DNA of 12,821 nt from Octopus sinensis (lineage: Eukaryota), in the NCBI RefSeq assembly GCF_006345805.1, contig NW_021826465.1, positions 1 through 12,821 of the forward strand. The letters run 5' to 3'. Below the pieces are notes generated by a model. The model had not been told where the DNA came from. It did no database searches and saw only the letters and a program-made list of their open reading frames with translations. The translations under genes and the position numbers were made by a program. Positions 1 through 8,295 of this stretch are shown piece after piece (position 1 is the first letter of the stretch; the number at the start of each line of letters is the position of its first letter).

Positions 1-177
1 AAGGACACCTTCCCCGCTTGATGTAAGCTCAAAATCTTTTCTGCTTGTCGGCTGTTACTAATAACATTCAAATTAAAGTCAATCTCCATTCAACTCACAA
101 CTCTTGATAAACTTAATGGAGCTCACAGACTGATATTAGATTTTTCCCTTCCCTTGTGATAAAAACAATACCATTTG

Positions 178-275
178 TACCATCAGCATCATCATCATTG
201 TTGTTGTCATCAACACTACTCTTCATGCAATAACATCATTGGTAACCAATAATTTTCTCCACCACCATCAGCACC
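178..275. repeat. Degenerate (CAT/CAC/TTG)n trinucleotide low-complexity tract
   Basis: catcagcatcatcatcattgttgttgtcatc...accaccatcagcacc. Confidence 0.6.
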
Positions 276-327
276 ATTTTTTTCTTTTTATACTTTCTTC
301 TAAACTAAATTTTTGACTTTAATTTAG

Positions 328-450
328 AGGTTGTTAATAACACTCAACAAGTGGAAAACACTTGGGTCTGGCTCAAGTGAGGAAATAAACAGTGTTGTGA
401 TACAAAATGTCGCCACAGCTTCCAATAAGTCCAGCAATGGGGACTTATGA
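328..450 (+). CDS. Candidate terminal coding exon (RLLITLNKWKTLGSGSSEEINSVVIQNVATASNKSSNGDL*), product unknown
   Basis: A long pyrimidine tract ends in aatttAG at 327. It is followed by 40 open codons to TGA at 448-450, GC-richer than the flanks, and then AT-rich UTR-like sequence. No homology recognised. Confidence 0.3.
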   Translation, partial: RLLITLNKWKTLGSGSSEEINSVVIQNVATASNKSSNGDL

Positions 451-778
451 TTAGCTAAAATTACTTAACTTTAAATGCTTTCAACTTTTTTAGTATAAAC
501 TTCTAAGAAAACATCTGATTTTCAACATCAAAACTACATTTTTTGAAAATTTGAAACACTTTAAGTGGTTGGAAGAAATTTTACAAGACACTTGATATAG
601 AAGAAAGGATTATTCAGAAAGTAAAATTAATTTGGCCGATTTTATCATGAATAATATTTTTTGCAGATGTAGACCTTACACTGTAAGGAAGGGTACCCCA
701 CTTCTATTACTGTGCATATAAGATATAAGTGCTGATTTGCAAGAGAGAAAACTGTATTGTGCAAGAGAGAGGACTGTT

Positions 779-853
779 CTTTGGTAGGCCCAGGGCTAGA
801 GTAGAAGACACTTGGCCAAGGTGTCACATGGTGGAATTGAACTCAGAGCCATG
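779..853 (-). mobile_element. SINE family A head fragment (tRNA/CORE-like)
   Basis: gtagaagacacttggccaaggtgtcac...gaactcagagccatg matches the head of the intact copy at 3011-3413. Confidence 0.8.
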
Positions 854-1210
854 AGGAACCATATATGTGTATATATATATGTGTGAGAGTGTGTGTGTAA
901 AATGTTAAAAATAATAGCAGGAAATCATAACTTCCACGTATGGTGATGGCCTGCATTTCAGCTTACGGAGAGGAGTGTCTAAGTGAGTCTAATCCACAAC
1001 CACTACTTGTATCTTCCCAGTCTTAGCTTCTCGGAACTTAGCATACCCTAATTCCAATCACACCTTATTTCTATTACTGGTATCATCTCCCATCATGTCA
1101 ACCAACCATTCTTCTTTTTGTTGGATTTGTTTATTAGAAAAAAAGCGAAACATCAGCACATGTTAGTTTTATCTTTGAGAGACTTAGGAAGGCAGTAAGT
1201 ATGTGTTTGT

Positions 1211-1222
1211 GAGAGAGAGAGA

Positions 1223-1268
<46 letters not shown>
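1211..1268. repeat. (GA)n microsatellite
   Basis: Read directly; one ACAA interruption. Confidence 0.95.
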
Positions 1269-1272
<4 letters not shown>

Positions 1273-1434
1273 AAAACAATATTGATAGACAGTATATATT
1301 AGTATTACATAAGTATTTATAAATAACTGTGTGTGTGTGTTTATTGTCAACATATTGTTTATAAGTTTCATCTTGGCCCGCATTGATGTACTTATAAAGA
1401 CATGAATGAAATTTTGGCAGCAATAGTAATATTA

Positions 1435-1515
1435 GAGGGGGGGGGGGTAGTAAATGAGAGAGAGAGGGGGAGAGAGTAAGAGAGAGACAGACAGACAGAG
1501 ATAGCTAGACAGACG
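1435..1515. repeat. Poly-G run followed by (GA)n/(GACA)n/(GATA)n
   Basis: Read directly. Confidence 0.85.
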
Positions 1516-1584
1516 AATTGATGGCTACATCGATAGACAGAGAAAAGGAGGAGAGAAAGAGAAGTTAAATGAAGAAGATACAGT

Positions 1585-1680
1585 AGTGTGTGTGTATATA
1601 TATATTATATATATATATATACACATACGTATATACATATATACATAAACACACACATAAATACATATGTACATGTATGA
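1585..1680. repeat. Compound (TG)n/(TA)n/(CA)n microsatellite
   Basis: Read directly. Confidence 0.9.
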
Positions 1681-2385
1681 CTGTATGATAAGATGTTTGC
1701 TTCCCAACCACATAGTTCCAAGTTCAGGTCCACTGTGTGGCACCTTGGGCCACTCTCTGCTGACCACAGCCACGCGAGTGGATTTGGCTGACAGAAACTA
1801 AAGCAGCCTGTCGTATATACATCATCACCAGCATCATCGTCGTTTAACATCCATGTTCCATGTTGGCATGGGTTGGATGACTTCACAAGGATCCATTGAG
1901 TCGTTTGACTGCATCATGCACCATTGTCTGTGTTGGGTTGGTTTCTACAACTGGATGCCCTTCCTAACATGCCAACCACTTTACAGAGTGGACTGGATGC
2001 ATTTTATGTGACACCAGCACTACTGAGGTCACCATGTAGATTGCAGTTCTACAAAACCTGAGGAATGGCAGTGGAATTCCTGTGTGCTTTTGTTAGGGTG
2101 AAAAAGGAGGAATTTGGAGAACAGCAACTTCATGTTGTAGACATTCTAAGTGGCTACACATACATATATATCTACGTGTATGTATCTTTGTGTTTGTATT
2201 TGTTCCTCACTACCACTTCACAACCAGTGTTGGTTTGTTTATGGCCCTGTAGAGATTGCAGTTGAGTAAAAGAAAGCAGGCATTAAAAAATGTACAAAGG
2301 TCAATGTGTTTGACTAAACCCTTCAAGGTTTTGCCCCAGTATGGCTGCAATCCAATGACTGAAACAAGTAAATGATAAAAGATAG
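1672..2385 (+). mobile_element. SINE family A, degenerate, split by a nested family C insertion (head 1672-1820, body about 2155-2385)
   Basis: The head ttgcttcccaaccacatagttccaagttcaggtccactgtgtggcaccttgggc and the 3' end ccaatgactgaaacaagtaaatgataaaaga are both the reverse complement of parts of 3011-3413. Confidence 0.8.
1821..2150 (-). mobile_element. SINE-like family C with (GAT)n tail, nested in family A
   Basis: catcatcgtcgtttaacatccatgttccatgttggcatgggttgg...ctggatgcccttcctaacatgccaaccact is homologous to 6453-6657 and 9731-10102. The right boundary is approximate and the strand is inferred from the tail. Confidence 0.75.
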
Positions 2386-2389
2386 ATGA

Positions 2390-2443
2390 ATACATATACT
2401 TGTATATGTGTGGGTGTGTGCATATATTATATATATATAATAT

Positions 2444-2478
<35 letters not shown>

Positions 2479-2482
2479 CATA
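2390..2482. repeat. (TG)n/(TA)n microsatellite
   Basis: Read directly. Confidence 0.9.
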
Positions 2483-2502
2483 CACCACTGCATGTTCTCC
2501 AC

Positions 2503-2742
2503 TTATCATTATCCCTTTATCATCTACTTTTCCTGCTTACGTGGGTCAGCAGAATTTGTTGAAGCAGCTTTAATACAGATGGACTCCTATCCTGTTGCCA
2601 ACCCTCACCTGTTTCAAGTTAAGTAATGCTTCCTCATGGCCAGACATATTCTCACAAAATAGTGGAAATGGAGGGGATGTCGCATGTATGACTGTGTCAC
2701 TCATTTACAACTATCATAGAATGTCAAGGAAATACATACACA

Positions 2743-2781
<39 letters not shown>

Positions 2782-2981
2782 TCTAGCACACACACACAGA
2801 GGCATGAGCATACATACATTTAATATATATACGACAGGCTTCTTTCAGCTTTCTTCTACTAATCTACTCACAAGGCTTTTGTCGGCCCAAGACACTTGCC
2901 CAAGGTGCCATGCAGTGGGACTGAACCCAGATCCCTGTAGTTGAGAAGCAAGCTTCTTACTACACAGCCATGCCTGTGCCT
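2503..2981 (-). mobile_element. SINE family D (family A head with a different body), internal (CT)n at 2746-2783
   Basis: Head gacacttgcccaaggtgccatgcagtgggactgaaccc...cacagccatgcctgtgcc. The body cagaatttgttgaagcag...cctgttgccaaccctcacctgttt is homologous to 7570-7964. Confidence 0.8.
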
Positions 2982-3010
2982 ATTATATCTATATACATAC
3001 ATATATATAT

Positions 3011-3413
3011 ACTCTTTTACTCTTTTACTTGTTTCACTCATTTGACTGGGGCCATGCTGGAGCACCGCCTTTTAATCGAGCAACTCGACCCCGGCACTTA
3101 TTCTTTTGTAAGCCCAGTACTTGTTCTATCGGTCTCTTTTGCCGAACCGCTAAGTGACGGGGACGTAAACACACCAGCATTGGTTGTCAAACAATGCTAG
3201 GGGGACAAACACAGACACACAAACACACACACGCATATATACATATATACGACGGGCTTCTTTCAGTTTCCGTCTACCAAATCCACTTACAAGGCTTTGG
3301 TCGGCCCGGGGCTATAGTAGAAGACACTTGCCCAAGATGCCATGCAGTGGGACTGAACCCGGAACCATGTGGTTGGTAGACAAGCTACTTACCACACAGC
3401 CACTCCTGTGCCT
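3011..3413 (-). mobile_element. SINE family A, near-intact tRNA-derived CORE-type SINE
   Basis: On the minus strand: A-box-like TGGCTGTGTGG (3392-3402), B-box-like GGTTCAGTCCC (3349-3359), then ATCTTGGGCAAGT resembling the start of the CORE domain, an internal microsatellite and an (AAAAGAGT)2 tail. Many CpGs are retained and (TA)n flanks both sides. Confidence 0.9.
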
Positions 3414-3414
3414 A

Positions 3415-3457
<43 letters not shown>

Positions 3458-3545
3458 GTGTTTATATACATGTGTTTGTATGTGTGTGTTTATGTGTGTG
3501 TGCATATATGTATGTTTTATACATGTGTGTGTATGTGTGTGTGTG

Positions 3546-3580
<35 letters not shown>
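3413..3580. repeat. Compound (TA)n/(TG)n/(CA)n microsatellite
   Basis: Read directly. Confidence 0.9.
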
Positions 3581-3581
<1 letters not shown>

Positions 3582-4098
3582 TATGCTGGTATGTAATAAT
3601 ATCAAAGGATAATCTGAAATATTGAAATTCCCATTACCAGTGGCCTAGTGTGCAAAAGATTTAGTCAATTCACTATATATTATTCAATAAATACAGTGTA
3701 CATTCAAACACACTTAAGAGGTATCCATCATAGGACTACTGCACGCTAGAGAGGACAGTTAAATTCCAAACCACTATTGGGATATGAAAAATAAAATCAT
3801 ATATATATATATATATATATACTATAACACCAACTAAAAAAAAGGTCTGAAAACCCATTGGTCCAGAATTTAATGGTAAATGATTTATTTTTCATATCCC
3901 AAATAGTGTTTGGAATTTAACTGTCCTCTCTAGCGTGCAGTAGTCCTATGATGGATACCTCTTAATGTGTTTGAATGTACACTGTATTTATATGAATAAT
4001 ATATAGTGAATTGACTAAATCTTTTGCACACTAGGCCACTGGTAATGGGAATTTCTAATATTTCAGATTATCCTTTGATATTATTACATACCAGCATA

Positions 4099-4100
<2 letters not shown>
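3580..4100. repeat. Long inverted repeat: arms 3580-3800 and 3880-4100 (221 bp each) with a 79-bp spacer
   Basis: Manual reverse-complement alignment of the arms gives 0 substitutions and 6 single-base indels. Confidence 0.97.
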
Positions 4101-4130
<30 letters not shown>

Positions 4131-4212
4131 CACACACACATAAACACATACATATATATATGCACACACACACACATACACACATATATATATTATATAT
4201 ACACACACATAT
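4098..4212. repeat. Compound (TG)n/(TA)n/(CA)n microsatellite
   Basis: Read directly; loosely mirrors 3485-3580. Confidence 0.9.
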
Positions 4213-4530
4213 ATTCTTTTATGCTTTTACTTGTTTCAGTCATTTGACTGCAGCCATGCTGAGACATTACTTTTAAACATATTCTATCAGTCTATTTTGC
4301 CAAACCACTAAGTTACGGGGGACGTAAACACACCAGCTTCGGTTGTCAAGTGATGCTGGACACAAACACACACAAATATATATACAATGGGCTTCTTTCA
4401 GTTTCTGTCTACCAAATTTACTCACAAGGCTTTGGTTGGCCTGTGGCTATAATAGAAGACACTTGCCCAAGGTGCCTAGAACCATGTGGTTGGTAAGCAA
4501 GCAACTTACCACTCAGCCACTCCTGCACCT
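4213..4530 (-). mobile_element. SINE family A with internal deletions (B-box lost)
   Basis: cttttacttgtttcagtcatttgactgcagccatgctg...gcccaaggtgcc|tagaaccatgtgg; the gcagtgggactgaaccc segment is absent. Confidence 0.88.
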
Positions 4531-4570
4531 ACATATATATATATATATATATACACATACACATATATAT

Positions 4571-4752
4571 TCGCCATGATAGATTGGTAGCCGCTAAACC
4601 TTTTTCTATTTTCTCTCCCTGCTTATTTCTGTGTTTCCTTTATCTTGAAGAGCTTTCGCTTGAAACATAAAAGACTTTCTCAGTTCTTGAGAGTTAAAAT
4701 AATACATCTGTTTGTTGTTTACCACACCTGATTTTTTTTATAAATTCCCCTA
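4571..4752 (+). mobile_element. Probable Penelope-like element terminal (pLTR) remnant
   Basis: Carries the ...TGAAGAGC-loop-GCTTGAAACAT motif typical of PLE termini (CTGATGA...CGAAACGT). It also resembles a repeat I recall from octopus; boundaries are approximate. Confidence 0.5.
4638..4673 (+). ncRNA. Degenerate type I minimal hammerhead ribozyme motif (probably inactive)
   Basis: cttt|atcttga|a|gagc-tttc-gctt|gaaa|cat|a|aaag parses as stem I 5' strand, core (vs CTGATGA), stem II hairpin, GAAA, minimal stem III (vs CGT), cleavage nucleotide and stem I 3' strand. Confidence 0.5.
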
Positions 4753-4917
4753 CCACACACACACCACCACACACACACACACACACATATTATATATTAT
4801 ATATATATATATGTATATATAATTATATATATATACATATATATACATATATTTGTATATATATATATATATATATATGTATACATATATTTATATACAT
4901 ATAATATATATATATAA

Positions 4918-4955
<38 letters not shown>

Positions 4956-5030
4956 TGTATACGTATATTTATACATACATTATATATATATATATATACA
5001 CACACCACACACATATATATATGTATATAC
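4753..5030. repeat. Long (CA)n/(TA)n compound microsatellite
   Basis: Read directly. Confidence 0.95.
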
Positions 5031-5156
5031 AAGATGGGCTTCTCCCTTTTTACTGTCTACCAAATCCACTCCCAGGCTTGGTTAAGCTAAGGTGCCACAC
5101 AGTAGGACGGAACCCAGAACCAAGTAGTTGAGAATCAAGCTTCTTGCCACACAACC
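5031..5156 (-). mobile_element. SINE family A head fragment with internal deletion
   Basis: ctgtctaccaaatccactcccaggcttgg...aaggtgccacacagtaggacggaacccagaacc. Confidence 0.8.
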
Positions 5157-5316
5157 AAGATAAATGATAATGAAAACCCTTAATAAAAGGCTTGATTTAG
5201 GTCACTCTGGGAGCAGTATTTTAGCAGTAGCAGACAATTGAATCATCACAGGCTGAAAGCATTGACAGACAAAATGAATCATCGGGGTTTTATAAACCTT
5301 ATTTATAAAACCTACA

Positions 5317-5780
5317 TCAGCCGGCTGTAGTCAGTGAACAGTTACGACTGGGAGAAAGGCATGTATATTGACGAGTGATGTGTGACTTTAAATTGCACCT
5401 GGTAGGGGGACCCCGGTCTGAAGAGTGTGGAACCACCGCTTTGCAGGTACTGTTCCCAAGTCTCATCCGACTCATTGGAGTCATAGAAGCTGTTAAGGTC
5501 CCATCTATGGGATGCAACATGGTGGATGTGAACTGTTTTGTCAGATGAACTTATAGTCAATGGTAAATATTACCAGATACAGAAAGGAGGAACTGACAAC
5601 AAAATGTCAATGGCCTGGACCAACCTGTTCAGTTGGGGAATTACTGCTATCATGGTGTTGTCATGGTGTGAGCAAACGAGAAAGACCAATGTGACTAAAA
5701 CCCACACTAGATATTCATGCTTTGTTGCTTGATTTGGGGTGGCTGGCATGGAAGGGTTGCTTTGGCCTGGACAGATTGAC
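5317..5780. other. Unique, GC-richer coding-like island (exon, retrocopy or decayed RT fragment; unresolved)
   Basis: The minus frame 5342-5779 has a single internal stop (TAA 5570-5572). Plus frames 5372-5548 and 5538-5732 are open. A plausible plus-strand acceptor tgttttgtcAG ends at 5544. Confidence 0.35.
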
Positions 5781-5828
5781 TAAACTGAGAAGACTAAGTC
5801 TCCATTGTACAGACAATAGACATACAGT

Positions 5829-6434
5829 TATTCTTCTATTTGTTTCAGTCATTTGACTGTGGCCATGCTGGAGCATCACCTTTAGTTGAAGAAATCAACT
5901 TATTCTTTGTCAGCCTAGTACTTATTCTATTGATATCTTTTGCCAAACCGCTAAGTTTTGAGGATGTAAACACATCAAGATTGGTCGACAAGTGATGTGG
6001 AGGGGGGGGGGGGAGCTGGCAGAACCGTTAGCACACCGGGTGAAATGCTTAGCAGTATTTCGTCTGCCGTTACGTTCTGAGTTCAAATTCCGCCAAGGTC
6101 GACTTTGCCTTTCATCCTTTCGGGATCGATTAAATAAGTACCAGTTATGCACTGGGGTCAATGTAATCGACTTAATCCGTTTGTCTGTCCTTGTTTGTTT
6201 AGCCCCTTGTGGGTAGTAAAGAAACAGATGTTGGGGGGACAAACACACACACAAACATATACATATATATACGAAGGGCTTCTTTCAGTTTCCATTTACC
6301 AAATCCACCCATAAAGCTTTGGTTAACTTGAGGCTATAGTAGAAGACACTTGCCCAAGGTGCCACGCAGTGAGACTGAACCCGGAACCATGTGGTTTGTA
6401 AGCAAGCTACTTATCACACAGCCACTCCTGTGCC
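5829..6434 (-). mobile_element. SINE family A (host of a nested family B insertion)
   Basis: Collinear with 3011-3413 on both sides of 6006-6226. Confidence 0.9.
6006..6226 (+). mobile_element. tRNA-derived SINE family B, near-intact, nested with probable TSD
   Basis: A-box-like TGGCAGAACCG (6017-6027), B-box-like GTTCAAATTCC (6081-6091), tail ttgtgggtagtaaagaaa. Flanked by gatgtggagggg (5994-6005) and gatgttgggggg (6227-6238). Confidence 0.9.
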
Positions 6435-6452
6435 TGTTATATTTAACATTAT

Positions 6453-6657
6453 ATTCATCATCATTTAAAGTCTGGGGTGTCCATGCTGGCAAAGATTTGG
6501 ATGGTTTGACCAGAGCTGGTAAGCCAGGAGGCTGCAGCAGACTCCTGTCTGATTTGGCATGGTTTCTACAACTCAAAGCCATTCCTAATGCCAACCACTT
6601 TACAGAGTGTGCTGGGTGCTCTTGCATGGCACTTCATGGGTATTTTTACATGACACT
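6453..6657 (-). mobile_element. SINE-like family C
   Basis: catcatcatttaaag...ccatgctggc...ttcctaatgccaaccactttacagagtg is homologous to the copies at 1821 and 9731. Confidence 0.8.
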
Positions 6658-7029
6658 GTATAATAGAAAATAATTAATAGAAAATAATTAATTCACAATG
6701 GCAGGTGTAAAATTGTAGACAGGGTCTCTGATAGGAATGACAGCTCTGGTCAGTAATGATGAGGTTTATAAGGGTGACCTTGCTTTGCCTAATGCATCCA
6801 TATGAGCTTTTGCTATGATAGATATCTATGACATCAAGCATATCTATTATGTATGAGTGTGATTATGAGATAAGTCATGGTGCTCCTGAAACAGGTGTCG
6901 AGATAAGATTATTATTACATTACTCCTTTCATTTTCTTGATTTCTTTATTTTACACTCTATTTTGTAGTCCATGTAAATCTACACGTTAACCCTGATTGC
7001 GTTTATCTACCTTTCCACTTTCATACCAG

Positions 7030-7078
7030 CTCAATGAGGATTGTTCTTACAGCTGAGCACAAAGGAGTTGAATTTTAA
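7030..7078 (+). CDS. Candidate short terminal exon (xSMRIVLTAEHKGVEF*)
   Basis: Strong 3' splice site ccctgat...ttatctacctttccactttcatacCAG at 7029. One frame is open to TAA at 7076-7078; no homology recognised. Confidence 0.22.
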
Positions 7079-7147
7079 GATCTCTTCTGTCTGGGCACTA
7101 TTTTGTGGGTATCTATACCACACTTACTTTGTATCCTTCCACACATT

Positions 7148-7170
7148 GTGTGTGTGTGTGTGTGTGTGTG
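7148..7170. repeat. (TG)n microsatellite
   Basis: Read directly. Confidence 0.9.
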
Positions 7171-7345
7171 CATGCATGTATGTGTACAGTCTGTTAAATT
7201 TTACTGTATTTGACCTCTATGATGTCATTTCAAAAATAGCAGTGCATTTTTCTTTTCTTTTTTTTAATTTTGTGTGCGTGTTTCTTTTCTGGTTGTAAAG
7301 AAATGGGTCTCAACAATAGATTTTCTTGTCATTATTATTTGTTGT

Positions 7346-7440
7346 GAGGGCGTTGAATTGGCAGAATCGGTCGCATGCCAGACAAAATGCTTAGCAGCAT
7401 TTCTTCCGGTTTCACATTTTTGTGCCTATAATAGAAAGGA
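7346..7440 (+). mobile_element. SINE family B, internally deleted (head joined to tail)
   Basis: Head ttggcagaatcggtcgcatgccagacaaaatgcttagcagcatttc. The tail tgtgcctataatagaaagga is the reverse complement of 11050-11069. Confidence 0.75.
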
Positions 7441-7519
7441 TTACTCCTTATTACTTTTAATTATTCTTCGTTATGCTCCAGTACCATTGTTATTTTTGAA
7501 TGCTTTTCATATGTTTCTT

Positions 7520-7580
7520 AATCATCACCATTATCATCATCGTCATCATCATTATCACCACCACTACATTCATCATCATT
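7520..7580. repeat. Degenerate (CAT)n tract at the family D tail
   Basis: Read directly. Confidence 0.85.
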
Positions 7581-7964
7581 TAACATGAATCAGACAGAAT
7601 TTGTTGAAGCAGGTTTACTATGGCCAGATACACATCCCTGTTGCCAGCCCTCACCTGTTTCCAAGTGGGGTGAATATTTCCCATTGGCCAGACATATTTT
7701 CACAAAAGACAGGAACTGAGGCACACAGCTTGCATGACACTGACGTCCATTGACAACTGTCGTATGAAGTCAAGGCAAGGAGACAACAACACACACACAT
7801 ATAATGAGCTTCTTTCAGTTACCTTCTACATAATCCATTCCCAAGGCTTTGATCGGCTTGGGCCAATAGTAGAAGGCACAATTGCCCAAGGTGTTGCTCA
7901 ATAGAACTGAACCAAGGACAATGTGGTTGGGAAGCAAACTTACTACGCAGCCATGTACCTGTAC
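7570..7964 (-). mobile_element. SINE family D
   Basis: Collinear with 2503-2981 (body, short microsatellite, A-type head). Confidence 0.8.
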
Positions 7965-8134
7965 TGACTCTATTTAGCAAATGGTTGGATGGACAAAGAT
8001 AATTGTATATAAAGATCAATAGACAGAAAAGATAATGACAACGATAAGAACAAGAGACAGATTTACAAATGTGGATCATAAATGAGTAACACTGAGCAAT
8101 GAATCACACACACAGGTTCAGCTTTGCATTCATA

Positions 8135-8169
<35 letters not shown>

Positions 8170-8283
8170 TATTTAAATGTATAATCATAATTAAGGGCAC
8201 TGGAATACCAGCACCTATACGCTAGAAGTAGATGTCAAATACCAACAACCCACTCTAAATTTGTTCTCTATTTATAACCCCAG

Positions 8284-8295
8284 GTCGAATGCGAG
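8284..8295 (+). other. Candidate 12-nt symmetric microexon GTCGAATGCGAG
   Basis: ctctaaatttgttctctatttataaccccAG|GTCGAATGCGAG|GTaatg; length is a multiple of 3 and no phase contains a stop. Confidence 0.25.

Noticed and set aside
3340-3413. tRNA genes at the SINE heads (also 6014-6095)
   Set aside because: Only A/B-box-like motifs are present, with no complete cloverleaf, and they continue directly into SINE bodies.
3801-3879. Sequencing hairpin adapter in the palindrome spacer
   Set aside because: The spacer does not resemble the SMRTbell adapter as I recall it, and symmetry does not extend to the flanking SINEs, so a simple missed-adapter read is not supported.
3580-4100. The long inverted repeat as a MITE or foldback transposon with defined TIRs and TSD
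   Set aside because: No recognisable terminal motif. The flanking (TG)n(TA)n(CA)n is self-complementary, so it cannot be scored as a TSD, and the symmetry appears to run into the microsatellites. Not excluded without a copy-number search.
5570-5572. Stop-codon recoding of the minus-strand TAA by A-to-I editing or readthrough
   Set aside because: It would need both As edited to give UGG, and nothing shows that the upstream part of the frame is coding.
5785-5802. Second hammerhead-like motif (ctgaga agac-taa-gtct)
   Set aside because: The core is one nucleotide short, and no GAAA or stem III follows.
6661-6688. 14-bp tandem duplication TAATAGAAAATAAT x2
   Set aside because: Ordinary slippage in AT-rich DNA.
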